The notes: generated by a model from the letters alone, not told the origin. Positions 9,238-19,018 are shown, counted from the first letter of the stretch. The stretch is DNA of 64,000 nucleotides from Coleofasciculaceae cyanobacterium CTOTU46601 (GCA_031970155.1 DALYIW010000006.1:5527-69526), one strand, 5' to 3'. Numbers and translations are program-made.

Positions 9238-9642
9238 CTACCCAATAGCTGCTGCTTGGAGGGTAGTATTTTGAACGCTAAGTTCAAGTGCTTCTCTGAT
9301 GCCAAAATTTAAATGACTCCTTAAAATCTGCCGGATGGTTTTCTGCAAATCTTGTTCTGTATGATCTTGAAGCATTTCAAGGGATGTAAGCAACCGCTGC
9401 CTGTCTGGTAGAGGTATGTCTCTCATCAAGTCGTTGGCTTCCCATAACATTTGCTCTTGTGCTTCTGGAATAAGCTTCATCCAATTAGAAAGCAGTAAGT
9501 TCCGCTCAACGATAGTTAGCTTCCATTGATATTGAGGCATGTTGCTTGTCTCGTCTAACATTCCAGTATCTGTGCCTACTCTAGAAAATGAATGTGAACA
9601 ACTTGTGAAAAAAGCACCCTTATCTATGAAACTATGATGCAA
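9238..9642 (-). CDS. Hypothetical protein (start uncertain, possibly an internal Met)
   Basis: ORF track only. No motif was recognised. Confidence 0.3.
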   Translation of the reverse strand: MHHSFIDKGAFFTSCSHSFSRVGTDTGMLDETSNMPQYQWKLTIVERNLLLSNWMKLIPEAQEQMLWEANDLMRDIPLPDRQRLLTSLEMLQDHTEQDLQKTIRQILRSHLNFGIREALELSVQNTTLQAAAIG

Positions 9643-10003
9643 GAGCGCTTTAAGTATAACTACTTACGAATTAGTCAGGATTTCGACAAAAGCTACAAAT
9701 TATAGGAGCTTTGTTGTCGGCATCAGGAGTGTACTCGGCTTAGCGATCGCTTTGACGAGTGAAGGTGGAGAATAGACTGACATAAAAACCAAAGTTATAC
9801 CCTGTAAACTTTTCAGCAGTTTTAGACATTGGCTTTAATAGCCATGCCTCTTCCGTCTTTCAGGGCTTTATTAGTTATATCCGGATAGTTTTGTAAGTTA
9901 TTTGCTGGATGTAGAAAAAAACGCCAAACCCTCCCATAACTCTAGGTTCGGGGCGGGTTAGTCAATAGGTACCATAGGTTGGCTAAGTATGGCTCGAACA
10001 CAG

Positions 10004-10357
10004 CTATGCTCGGATGATCGATTTTCTTGCCCAGTCTCTGGTATTTTCTAGATAAATTAATACCTTTTTCCAGTGCTGTTTCCAGTCTCCGTTGTTGTTG
10101 AGCGAGTTTTTGACACTTTTTAGATAGTAAAGACTGGTGCGGCGCTCATCATTGTTGGGACAGCGCTCAAGTAATAAATCATAGAGCTCTTGCCAATGCG
10201 CCTGCCAGTTCTCCTCGTTAGGATGGAAAATAGCCTCGAATAAATTCCGCCAGAAATACTCAACTGTGCCAATATCCCTCAGATTTTCTGGGGTTGGCTT
10301 ATCCCAGCCAGTATGGCGAGCGCGTAGATCATTGACGTTGGGGAGATTGCCGATCAT
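10004..10357 (-). CDS. Hypothetical protein, Trp-rich
   Basis: ORF track only. No motif was recognised. Confidence 0.4.
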   Translation of the reverse strand: MIGNLPNVNDLRARHTGWDKPTPENLRDIGTVEYFWRNLFEAIFHPNEENWQAHWQELYDLLLERCPNNDERRTSLYYLKSVKNSLNNNGDWKQHWKKVLIYLENTRDWARKSIIRA

Positions 10358-10775
10358 AGATAAGGAGGAGTCACATTTAAAGAGGAGTCAAATCACGGCT
10401 ACAGTGACAAAAAAATTTACTGATACCGCAGTCGCCTCAAACTATGGGGTCAACTTAAGTAGAAAACTAAGAGGGACAAGGGAGACAAGGGAGACAAGGA
10501 AGACACTAGAGCTTTTTCTCTTATTGTGTTCTTTCCTCATCTTCTTTAAAGGTCAGTTTGTACAAGAACACTTGATTTGAGTGGATCTGCACTTAAGTTG
10601 ACACCAATAGCCTCAAACTCCCCCAATGGGGTTTGGATCGCCCAAGACACACTCCTCAAATTGAGCGCTTCTTGTGGCAAAAGCTCATCATACCACAATG
10701 TCGTCTATTGTAAAGATGTTCTATTGTTAAATAGAATAAACAACTGCCCTGGAACTACACGCCTAGCGGCAAAAA

Positions 10776-11186
10776 TCAGTCTGACTGCTTAGGTTGTGCG
10801 ATACGGGCTTCAATATCCTCTAAGGTTTGCAGCAGTAGACGCTTTGCCTGTAATTCCCAGCCCCATTTCTGAATACGGTAGGCTGCAACAGTTCCAGCAA
10901 AAGCCACGATATAGCCCAGCCATTGCGCTAGAGAAATCCCTCCCAGTAAACCTAATCCTGCTATTCCCCAAAAGGGTAAGGCAATGGTTTGACGCTGTTC
11001 CTCAACAAGTTTGGCTAAGCCGCCCGATGCCATTTGTGCCGCTAAGGTTTCACGGCAACTTCGTTGTTGTTCCATTGAGACAGATAGACCAATCTTACGG
11101 CGAAGTTTCTCTATTTTGCGAGCATCAGTGCTGTACTCAGTTAGCTCGTCTTCTGCCATTTTGATCAAGCGTTCGAGTTGATCCAT
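10776..11186 (-). CDS. Hypothetical membrane protein (coiled-coil N-terminus, two predicted TM helices)
   Basis: The hydrophobic stretch is LPFWGIAGLGLLGGISLAQWLGYIVAFAGTVAAY. Confidence 0.5.
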   Translation of the reverse strand: MDQLERLIKMAEDELTEYSTDARKIEKLRRKIGLSVSMEQQRSCRETLAAQMASGGLAKLVEEQRQTIALPFWGIAGLGLLGGISLAQWLGYIVAFAGTVAAYRIQKWGWELQAKRLLLQTLEDIEARIAQPKQSD

Positions 11187-11393
11187 AATCTGACTCCTCA
11201 GGCGGTAAATCTCGGTTGTGGGCTAGCGCTTAGTTTAAAGTAGTATTACAACTAAGGGTAGGTAAACAGTACCCTTACCGTCAGCGATCACATAATCAAG
11301 TAGGGTGTTGCGCGATCGCTTTAAAAAATATCAGGTAAAGTCTCTGGTTTGATAAAGTTGAGACAAGATAATTTTGGGGCTAAGAATCTTGTG

Positions 11394-11597
11394 ATGGATA
11401 AGACTACTAAAAAGCCAGTGAATATCTTTCTTGAGTCTCAGCTATGGGAGGAAGTTTCTGATGAAGCTGCCGACGCCTGTGCTGGAGGCACGGGGAGACA
11501 GCTGGGTTCACTGCTTGCTCCTGGTGATTTGCAAGGTTACTTCAAGCAGATCATAAGAAATTTATGGATTTATGGATACTACAATAGGCGTACCTAA
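11394..11597 (+). CDS. Putative double-glycine-leader peptide (bacteriocin/RiPP-precursor-like), 67 aa
   Basis: From the ATG at 11394: MDKTTKKPVNIFLESQLWEEVSDEAADACAGG, then TGRQLGSLLAPGDLQGYFKQIIRNLWIYGYYNRRT. It has an acidic leader ending in GG and a basic aromatic core. Confidence 0.4.
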   Translation: MDKTTKKPVNIFLESQLWEEVSDEAADACAGGTGRQLGSLLAPGDLQGYFKQIIRNLWIYGYYNRRT

Positions 11598-11766
11598 TCT
11601 TGACGGCATGGGAACACAAACTTAGCTTGGGACAAGTAGTCACAAGTCAGGAATCAGGATAAGGAAGACAGAAGAAACAAGTGCTTTTAATGGCTCTGCA
11701 AAGGAGAGTATACGACTGTGCAGGGTATAATTTCTCAAAAGTCTCCCTACCTAATCGGCAGCACCC

Positions 11767-12240
11767 ATGCCAACAGAGATAGAGCGAAAATTTTTAGTGA
11801 AGAGTGACCAGTGGCGATCGCTCTCTCAAGGTACTGTATATTGCCAAGGATACCTTTCTACAAAAAAAGGCTGCTCTGTGAGAGTGCGTCTTGTGGGAAA
11901 TCAAGGTTATCTCACGATCAAAGGTTCAACGAAGGGTTTTTCTAGGGCAGAGTATGAGTACCCGATCCCAGCAGAAGATGCTCAAGAAATGCTGGATCAT
12001 TTGTGCGATCGCCCGCTGATTGAAAAAACCCGATACAAAATTGAGTTGGCTGGCTTGATTTGGGAAGTAGACGAGTTTGCGGGTGAAAATCAAGGCTTGA
12101 TTGTGGCAGAAGTTGAACTGACTGACGAAAATCAAACTCTTGAACTGCCCGACTGGATTGATGTTGAAGTTTCTGATGACCCTAGATACTTTAACGTCAA
12201 TTTAGCCCAGCATCCATATAATAAGTGGCCAAACAAGTAA
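11767..12240 (+). CDS. CYTH-domain protein (triphosphate tunnel metalloenzyme, CyaB/ThTPase-like)
   Basis: The N-terminal EIERKFLV (ExExK) motif and the ~155-aa size support the call. Confidence 0.8.
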   Translation: MPTEIERKFLVKSDQWRSLSQGTVYCQGYLSTKKGCSVRVRLVGNQGYLTIKGSTKGFSRAEYEYPIPAEDAQEMLDHLCDRPLIEKTRYKIELAGLIWEVDEFAGENQGLIVAEVELTDENQTLELPDWIDVEVSDDPRYFNVNLAQHPYNKWPNK

Positions 12241-12328
12241 TCAAATTATTGGGCTGCTAGTGTTGCCTACCCCACAACAAAAATGACTTTTGTGGAATGG
12301 GGCGCATTGCCTGTCAGGTGATATTTTT

Positions 12329-12420
12329 CAAGACTTAGGCAATCTCATTACGAACCACCATCTGTAGGGGCATATAGCTATACACTCCTACCCGTTTGTC
12401 GTGTCTTGATCGTAAGTTCG
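12329..12420. mobile_element. Family-2 MITE (degenerate termini)
   Basis: The core is accaccatctgtaggggcatatagctatacactcctac, with the right end cgtaagttcg. Confidence 0.55.
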
Positions 12421-12426
12421 GTTTTG

Positions 12427-12508
12427 CAGGAGACACCATGAGTTCTTATCTCACCACGAAAGAATGAAAATTCTCTTCCCCGACTCCCGACTCCCTATTT
12501 TCAGATTA
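12427..12508 (-). repeat. Composite repeat: GGGAGTM heptamer array plus GAAGAGAATTTTCATTC module
   Basis: The reverse complement reads ctgaaaatagggagtcgggagtcggggaagagaattttcattctttcgtggtgag...catggtgtctcc. Confidence 0.7.
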
Positions 12509-12744
12509 GAGATGTAGCGATCGCGTATTGCTTTTGAGTGAAAACAGCTAAAGAGGCGATCGCATCACTGCTATTTTGGAAGATTGCACGGCGATCGCCT
12601 TTTTTTGTTAATTTGTTAAAGTTTTCGACAATGGAGAATTTTACGACTATATTAAATTATTCTTCTAGTTATCTGCCTGTTTTGGGGTAATTTCGCAGAA
12701 AATCAGCCTTAGTTACAACTTGTATCTTAAAAGAGGAGTCTTTT

Positions 12745-13416
12745 GTGGAAGCACTTGCTTACATTCATTGTTGTGCTGCCTATGACGAGGCGGTAGGCAT
12801 TGAAAACGATTTTCCTGAGTGGGAGTTCAACTGGAAGCTGCCTAGCTCAGCTTGGATTGGTCTATTAGCCACTGTTACCGCTCTTTCTATTTTAGGTACG
12901 ACTAGTGGTGCCTTTGCCGTTGGTTCCGGTCGCTACTTGGTCACTGCCAGGAGCGGTCTCAATGTTCGCAACAGCCCTGGCGGATATGTTGTCAAAACTC
13001 TGAGTCGTGGACAAGCTGTTGATCTTACTGGCTATACTTCAGGCTCGTGGGCGGAAACTGTAAACGGCAACTGGGTACATGCTGGCTATCTTACCAGAGG
13101 CAGAGGCCGCTATGTTCGCCATCATGCTCACCGTCGTGGCCGCTATGTTCGCCATCATCATCGCCATCATGCTCACCGTCGTGGCCGTCATGTTGGCTAT
13201 GATGTTAATCGGTATATTCTCAGGTCAGGCGATCAGGGGTCCGCTGTTTTCACTGTTCAAAAAGCTTTATGGAATCAAGGCTACTACATACGTCGTGACG
13301 GGGTATATGGTCCTCAAACCAGGGCAGCAGTTTTTCGGTTCCAGAAAAACAGGGGCTTATTGGCAGACGGTAAGGTAGGAGCGCAAACTAGGCGCTCCCT
13401 AGGGATTCGTGGTTAG
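12745..13416 (+). CDS. SH3b-domain / peptidoglycan-binding-domain protein with a His/Arg-rich tandem-repeat linker
   Basis: The SH3b-like part is GLNVRNSPGGYVVKTLSRGQAVDLTG...WVHAGYL. The linker is RGRYVRHHAHRRGRYVRHHHRHHAHRRGRHV. The PG_binding_1-like part is GDQGSAVFTVQKALWNQGYY...DGVYGPQTRAAVFRFQ. GTG start. Confidence 0.7.
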   Translation: MEALAYIHCCAAYDEAVGIENDFPEWEFNWKLPSSAWIGLLATVTALSILGTTSGAFAVGSGRYLVTARSGLNVRNSPGGYVVKTLSRGQAVDLTGYTSGSWAETVNGNWVHAGYLTRGRGRYVRHHAHRRGRYVRHHHRHHAHRRGRHVGYDVNRYILRSGDQGSAVFTVQKALWNQGYYIRRDGVYGPQTRAAVFRFQKNRGLLADGKVGAQTRRSLGIRG

Positions 13417-13469
13417 ATAACATAGCCGTTAAGTAGGGTGGGCGACGCCCACCCTATGGTTAATGGCAT

Positions 13470-13572
13470 TGGTGCAAGACCCCCATGCTCTCCGCCCACA
13501 GCAAAGAATGAAAGTGTCTTTCCCTACTCTCCACTCCCTACTCCCTACTCCCCACTTTCAAGACAGAATGTC
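13470..13572 (-). repeat. Composite repeat (heptamer array plus module), same orientation as the copy at 12427
   Basis: The sequence is aaagaatgaaagtgtctttccctactctccactccctactccctactccccactttcaag. Confidence 0.65.
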
Positions 13573-13614
13573 TTTCTTTAGAACGCTAGGCAAAGATCTC
13601 ACCAGATGCTGCGC

Positions 13615-14403
13615 TTAACTACCCGTTTCCACTGTTTGCCGCTCTCGCTCCACTCTTGGCTCACTAAATACTGATAGATATAGAGAACCTGCTGCTAGTG
13701 CTCCTAAAATTGGTGCTAGCCAGAAGAGCCACACTTGAGATAGGGCTAGGGTTTCACCTCCGAAAAGCGCTACGATCAACGCAGGACCTAAGCTTCGCGC
13801 TGGATTGACGGAAACATTTGTCACTGGAATCCCAATCAAGTGAATCAAGGTTAATCCCAGACCGATCGCAGCAGGGGCAAAACCTTGTGGAGCACGACGA
13901 TCGGTTGCTCCCATGATGATCATTAAAAACATGAAGGTCAACACAAACTCAGCGACGAATCCAGCTAGCAGCGAATAGCCATCAGGAGAAAGATCTCCAA
14001 AACCATTGACTGCCAATCCATTAGGACCGAGATCGTATTTGGGTTTACCACTGGCGATCAAGAAGAGCATCGCCGCCGCCACAATAGCTCCACCAACTTG
14101 AGCACCGATATAAGGTAATAATTCGTTACCAGGGAAGCGTTTTCCTGCCCATAGACCAAAGGAGACGGCTGGGTTTAGATGACAGCCTGAAATGTGACCG
14201 ATCGCATAAGCCATCGTCATCACTGTCAAACCAAATGCCAGAGAAACACCAACTAACCCGATACCCAACGGAAATGCCGTATCAGGGCTTATTTTTGCTG
14301 CATTTGCTGTAAAAGCTGCTGCTAGTACTGCACTTCCACAACCCCCAAAAACCAGCCAGAAAGTGCCTATAAATTCAGCGATACATCGCTTTCCAATTGG
14401 CAT
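13615..14403 (-). CDS. aqpZ: Aquaporin Z
   Basis: Two NPA boxes are present: [14 protein letters not shown] and NPARSLGPA. Confidence 0.92.
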   Translation of the reverse strand: MPIGKRCIAEFIGTFWLVFGGCGSAVLAAAFTANAAKISPDTAFPLGIGLVGVSLAFGLTVMTMAYAIGHISGCHLNPAVSFGLWAGKRFPGNELLPYIGAQVGGAIVAAAMLFLIASGKPKYDLGPNGLAVNGFGDLSPDGYSLLAGFVAEFVLTFMFLMIIMGATDRRAPQGFAPAAIGLGLTLIHLIGIPVTNVSVNPARSLGPALIVALFGGETLALSQVWLFWLAPILGALAAGSLYLSVFSEPRVERERQTVETGS

Positions 14404-14694
14404 CTTTAACCTCTCTAAAATGTCTAGAATTTAACTACCAATTTAAGCGGAAGAATAAGCTACATACCACAATTTAGGTGAGACAATAAGGAATTTTATT
14501 ACCTCAATTCTCACTTAAAGTTTCCTCTACTAAGCTGCTCTTCTAATAAGAAGAAACTAGAGGCAAATAACCGCGGTTTTTTAAAGTTTGGCTCGAATGT
14601 ATGAGAGAGAATATCATCTTATTCAAACCCTGTCAATTATTAAAAAACTGTTACTAATCAACCGTTTCAACTGATTGCTAGTAAGAATTACCTC

Positions 14695-14727
14695 AGTAAA
14701 AATAAAGACCGCATACGCGGCCTTTAT
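14695..14727 (-). terminator. Rho-independent terminator downstream of leuD
   Basis: The minus strand reads AAAGGCCGC-GTAT-GCGGTCTTT followed by ATTTTTAC. Confidence 0.7.
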
Positions 14728-14803
14728 TTCTGGAACGGCGAAAACTTAGTTTCAGCTATATGTATGAAATCATCTACGCTATTTGGCTGAGAGCAAAATC
14801 CTG

Positions 14804-15409
14804 TCAGCTAGCAACTCGACTGCCCCAATCAACATAGGGCAACTTAGAAGCCGTAGCCTGAATTTGGTCAACTTGAGCAAAGAGCTGTCCACAAGTATCC
14901 CATGTACCTGTAGTCAGCATTTGCCGTGGTCCTTCTCCCATAGAAACAGAGGCTTGAAAGTCACCACAGCGAACTTGCATCGCTTCTAAATCCACAGTTG
15001 TTGGAGCTTGGGGATTCTCTTTTACTATAGTCTGTAACTGCTGGATAGTCTCTGCTGAAGCCGTCACGCAGGGAATGCCGATCGCAACACAGTTACCAAA
15101 GAAAATTTCGGCAAAACTCTCACCTACTATGGCTTGAATTCCCCATTTTGATAGTGCTTGGGGAGCGTGTTCTCGCGAGGAACCACAGCCAAAGTTGTTG
15201 TTAACAACTAAAATGTTAGCTCCTTGATATTGAGGTTGGTCGAAGGGATGTTCACCCTTGGTTTGAGTGCGGTCATCAGCAAAAGCTTGTTCTCCCAAAC
15301 CATCAAAGGTGACACAGCGCAAAAAGCGAGCAGGAATAATTCTATCTGTATCAATATCATTACCTACAAGAGGAATTCCCCGCCCTGATACTGTTTTTAC
15401 TTGATTCAT
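14804..15409 (-). CDS. leuD: 3-isopropylmalate dehydratase small subunit
   Basis: The motifs are [15 protein letters not shown] and [15 protein letters not shown]. Confidence 0.92.
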   Translation of the reverse strand: MNQVKTVSGRGIPLVGNDIDTDRIIPARFLRCVTFDGLGEQAFADDRTQTKGEHPFDQPQYQGANILVVNNNFGCGSSREHAPQALSKWGIQAIVGESFAEIFFGNCVAIGIPCVTASAETIQQLQTIVKENPQAPTTVDLEAMQVRCGDFQASVSMGEGPRQMLTTGTWDTCGQLFAQVDQIQATASKLPYVDWGSRVAS

Positions 15410-15427
15410 GAATTTAGTCTTCTTAGC

Positions 15428-16240
15428 TTACTTATGACCGATTACAAAAAACGTCGTATTTTCCTGCCAAACTCCTTGCTCTGTCGCTAATGTTTCAATT
15501 TCTATCCTGAATTGGGCTTTTAGTTGTTCAGTTTGTTCTTCTGATAGCTGCAACAAAGGATGACCGTTTGCATTGAGCCATTTACCTTTCCAGAAATTTT
15601 TCGCCTCATCAAGACTGAGATAACTGCCAAATTGCTCAGTTTTTATATCAATATCGTGAAACCCAATCTCTTGGAGTAGGGTATAACAGTTTTCTGGACT
15701 TCCCAGGGGTTCATGGAGATTCGGCAGCGAATAGCCATACTTAGCGCAGACTTTAGTAATGACAGGCGTGAAAAACGATGTTTTAGACCAACAGGAAAAG
15801 GCAACAATTCCACCCTTCTTGAGCCAGCGATACCAATTACGTAACGCCGCAGGAATATCACTGAGCAACACAATGGCTGTGGCACAGAAAATGGCATCGA
15901 AACATTCATCATCGAAGCTGATAGATTCGGCATCAGATTCAATCAGTTCGATGTTTTGTAACCCTGCTGCTGCGATTTTTCGTCGTGCTTGATCGAGCAT
16001 TCCTGGGGTAAAATCCACACCGATGACTTGACCTTCAGAACCTACTTGCTCAGAAGCTGCGATCGCAACTATCCCTGTGCCAGTCGCGATATCCAGAACC
16101 TGCTGTCCGGGTTGCAGTTGCGCTAATTCAACCACAGGAATAGCTCGACGATAGGTAAAATCATTGTCATAGCTAGTTCTTGCCTGGTAGAAATCCCTGA
16201 TTTCCTGCTTGTATGGGTTAAGACTCGTAGGCTGGCTCAT
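15428..16240 (-). CDS. Class I SAM-dependent methyltransferase
   Basis: Motif I is VLDIATGTGIVAIAA, with VIGVDFTPGML downstream. It lies 15 nt from leuC and 18 nt from leuD on the same strand. Confidence 0.8.
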   Translation of the reverse strand: MSQPTSLNPYKQEIRDFYQARTSYDNDFTYRRAIPVVELAQLQPGQQVLDIATGTGIVAIAASEQVGSEGQVIGVDFTPGMLDQARRKIAAAGLQNIELIESDAESISFDDECFDAIFCATAIVLLSDIPAALRNWYRWLKKGGIVAFSCWSKTSFFTPVITKVCAKYGYSLPNLHEPLGSPENCYTLLQEIGFHDIDIKTEQFGSYLSLDEAKNFWKGKWLNANGHPLLQLSEEQTEQLKAQFRIEIETLATEQGVWQENTTFFVIGHK

Positions 16241-16255
16241 TTTTGGAGTTAATAC

Positions 16256-17659
16256 CTACAGCAACTCCCGAACATCAGCCACTTCACCCTTGACAGCAGC
16301 AGCAACCACCATCGCCGGACTCATTAGCAGTGTGCGTCCCGTAGAGGAACCCTGGCGGCCTTTGAAATTGCGGTTAGATGAAGATGCGCTCAACTGGCTA
16401 CCTTGAAGTTTGTCAGGATTCATCGCCAGACACATCGAACATCCCGGTTCTCGCCACTCAAACCCCGCTTCTACAAAGATTTTGTCGAGTCCTTCAGCTT
16501 CTGCTTGCTGTTTCACTCGTTCTGAACCGGGGACAACAAACGCCTTAACTCCCTTAGCTACCTGTCTACCTTTGGCATATTTGGCAGCTTCTTGCAGATC
16601 GCTGAGTCTACCATTAGTGCAGCTACCGATAAAGCACACATCTACTTTGGTGCCTTGAATGGGTGTTCCTGGGGACAGGTGCATGTAGCTGTAGGCTTCT
16701 TGCGCGATCGCTCTTTCACTTTCTGGCATAGTATCGGGTGTTGGGATCGCTTCATTAACCGCAATTCCTTGACCCGGAGTAATTCCCCAAGTGATAGTAG
16801 GAGCAATTTCAGCCGCATCAAAAGTGACGACATCATCATAAACCGCGTCTTCATCACTGCGGATGCTCTGCCACCATTTCACGGCTTTATCCCAGTCTTC
16901 ACCTTTGGGAGCAAAATCTCTACCTTTAAGGTATTCAAACGTCACTTGATCGGGATTAACATATCCGCAGCGAGCACCCCCTTCGATCGCCATATTGCAA
17001 ACCGTCATCCGTTCTTCCATGCTCATCTGCTCAAAGGTAGTACCCGCAAACTCATAAGCATAGCCAACGCCACCTTTCACACCGAGGGTACGGATAATAT
17101 GGAGGATGACATCTTTGGCATAAACGCCAGGTAGCAATTTGCCATTGACTTCAATTTTGCGGACTTTGAGCTTAGACAGAGCAAGGGTTTGGGAGGCTAG
17201 GACATCGCGGACTTGAGACGTACCGATACCAAATGCGATCGCACCAAAAGCCCCATGGGTTGAGGTATGAGAATCACCGCAAGCTATAGTCATTCCTGGC
17301 TGAGTTAAACCTAGTTCGGGTGCAATCACATGGACAATTCCTTGATTGCCAGACCCAATGTTATAAAAGCTGATGCCGTAATCTTTACAGCTTTTCTCCA
17401 AGAATTGCATCATCTCTTCTGCTAGAACATCAGCAAAAGGACGTGCTTGGTTCTCTGTTGGAACGATATGGTCTACTGTGGCGACTGTGCGATCGGGATA
17501 CAGTACGTTGAGTCCTCGTTCTCGCAGCATAGCAAAGGCTTGAGGACTGGTAACTTCGTGGATTAAGTGTAAACCAATAAATAGTTGAGTCTGACCCGAA
17601 GGCAAAATCCCTACGGTATGTAAGTCCCAAACTTTATCAAATAGTGTTTTAGCGCTCAT
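16256..17659 (-). CDS. leuC: 3-isopropylmalate dehydratase large subunit
   Basis: The aconitase-family motifs are [15 protein letters not shown] and FIGSCTNGR, with NRNFKGRQG. Confidence 0.95.
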   Translation of the reverse strand: MSAKTLFDKVWDLHTVGILPSGQTQLFIGLHLIHEVTSPQAFAMLRERGLNVLYPDRTVATVDHIVPTENQARPFADVLAEEMMQFLEKSCKDYGISFYNIGSGNQGIVHVIAPELGLTQPGMTIACGDSHTSTHGAFGAIAFGIGTSQVRDVLASQTLALSKLKVRKIEVNGKLLPGVYAKDVILHIIRTLGVKGGVGYAYEFAGTTFEQMSMEERMTVCNMAIEGGARCGYVNPDQVTFEYLKGRDFAPKGEDWDKAVKWWQSIRSDEDAVYDDVVTFDAAEIAPTITWGITPGQGIAVNEAIPTPDTMPESERAIAQEAYSYMHLSPGTPIQGTKVDVCFIGSCTNGRLSDLQEAAKYAKGRQVAKGVKAFVVPGSERVKQQAEAEGLDKIFVEAGFEWREPGCSMCLAMNPDKLQGSQLSASSSNRNFKGRQGSSTGRTLLMSPAMVVAAAVKGEVADVRELL

Positions 17660-17943
17660 CAGAAAAGGTAGCCATCTTTAATCTAAGGATCGTGACCAAG
17701 CACCTATGGTCAAAGGCTTTAACCTCTTATTGTAGAGCGATCGCGCTTCATGCTCTCAACCTGTACAAATGCGATCGCCTCCAATATGCTTTTCTGCTGC
17801 GATCGTTCCCACACAATCAAGCTCACCTGAGAGACCAGCGATCGCTCATTTTAGAGGTTACGGTCAAAAATAGATTGTATAGAGTAGGCAATAATCACAA
17901 CCTACTCAAGCCGTACCCAAAATTGTAGTAGAGGAAACTCTAG

Positions 17944-18168
17944 ATGACTGGACTAGAAGTTTTACAGTCAGTTGAATTTATAAATCTGAAAGGCAAGCAA
18001 GTTGCTGTCTTAAATCTCGAAGATTGGCAAGCACTCATCGAATGGTTAGAGACATTAGAAGACGTACAAATTGCTCGAAAAGCTTTTGATGAGTTGAAAG
18101 CAGCGGATGGAAATCGTCAGCGTGCAGGTTGGTTGAAATGGAATGATGTAGAACAGGAACTAGAGTGA
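17944..18168 (+). CDS. Phd/YefM-like type II antitoxin-like protein
   Basis: It is 74 aa with a GAGGA ribosome-binding site. The pattern KGKQVAVLNLEDWQALIEWLETLEDVQIARKAFDELK is typical of cyanobacterial antitoxins. Confidence 0.6.
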   Translation: MTGLEVLQSVEFINLKGKQVAVLNLEDWQALIEWLETLEDVQIARKAFDELKAADGNRQRAGWLKWNDVEQELE

Positions 18169-18248
18169 GCGCCTTTGTGTCAGCGAAGGAGCGATCGCAA
18201 ACCTGAACATCCTACACTTGGAATAGCGAATCCACTCATGCAGCAGTA

Positions 18249-18878
18249 ATGGCTCAAGTTATCCAGGCAAACGAACTAACACTCTCGCAGGTTGAAGATC
18301 AATTCAATCTTCGGCAAGTGTTAGACGATCCCAGCTTCTTCCGTGAGTGGCAGGATGATTTGCCTGATTTAAGCGAGTCTGAAATGCAAGCTTTAGATCG
18401 GGTGAAGACTGAGTTTCTCTATCTGTACAAGTATCCAATGTTAGAGGATTTGGTCAAAATGGTGGTACTGTCGCCCCTGCTTTCACTGGCAGGATTTTAC
18501 CGCCCTCCAATTCGTCCGGTGCTTGAAAAACGGGTAGATGTGGCAGTGAATGATGGGGATAAAACCGTTTGGGGACGGATAGATATTCTGCTGTTGCAGC
18601 AACAAGCTTGGGTAGCAGTTATTGAGTCGAAACAAGCCGGATTTTCGCTGAAGGATGCGACAGCGCAAACTCTGTTTTACATGATGGCTAATCCTAATAC
18701 TGAGAAACCAACTTTTGGATTAGTAACTAATGGCAGTCACTTTATTTTTATTAAACTTTTACACAGTGAGCTACCTCAGTATGCGTTCTCAACAGAATTC
18801 TCCCTGTTTCGACCAGAAAATGAGCTATACCCTGTATTTAGGGTTTTGAAGCGACTTGCTGAGTTGGTGACACAGTAG
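18249..18878 (+). CDS. PD-(D/E)xK (restriction-endonuclease-like / HsdR-N-like) fold protein
   Basis: GRIDILLLQQQAWVAVIESK gives D-x13-ExK, followed by GLVTNGSHFIFIK. Confidence 0.55.
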   Translation: MAQVIQANELTLSQVEDQFNLRQVLDDPSFFREWQDDLPDLSESEMQALDRVKTEFLYLYKYPMLEDLVKMVVLSPLLSLAGFYRPPIRPVLEKRVDVAVNDGDKTVWGRIDILLLQQQAWVAVIESKQAGFSLKDATAQTLFYMMANPNTEKPTFGLVTNGSHFIFIKLLHSELPQYAFSTEFSLFRPENELYPVFRVLKRLAELVTQ

Positions 18879-18895
18879 CGATCGCTTTATCCTCA

Positions 18896-18988
18896 GAACT
18901 TACGCATAGACTCGACAAACGGGTAGGGGCGTATAGCTATACGCCCCTACAGATGGTGATTCAAAGGTCAAGAAAGCGTAAGTCCTAA
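18896..18988. mobile_element. Family-2 MITE
   Basis: The sequence is cagaacttacgca...gtaggggcgtatagctatacgcccctacagatggtg...gcgtaagtcct. Confidence 0.75.
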
Positions 18989-19018
18989 TCCTGTGAAAGT
19001 GCTATCGCCTCTACCTAC

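Noticed and set aside
9881-9886. TCCGGA (DIF1-like heterocyst promoter motif) in the intergenic region. A second one lies at about 58216.
   Set aside because: A 6-bp palindrome is expected by chance. There is no suitably spaced -10 element and no downstream gene or sRNA in the right orientation.
16592-17134. 180-aa ORF antisense to leuC. Many similar antisense or alternative-frame ORFs fall inside ndhA, gltA, the kinases and cysK.
   Set aside because: They lie fully inside strongly supported genes on the other strand or in another frame. They are shadow ORFs.
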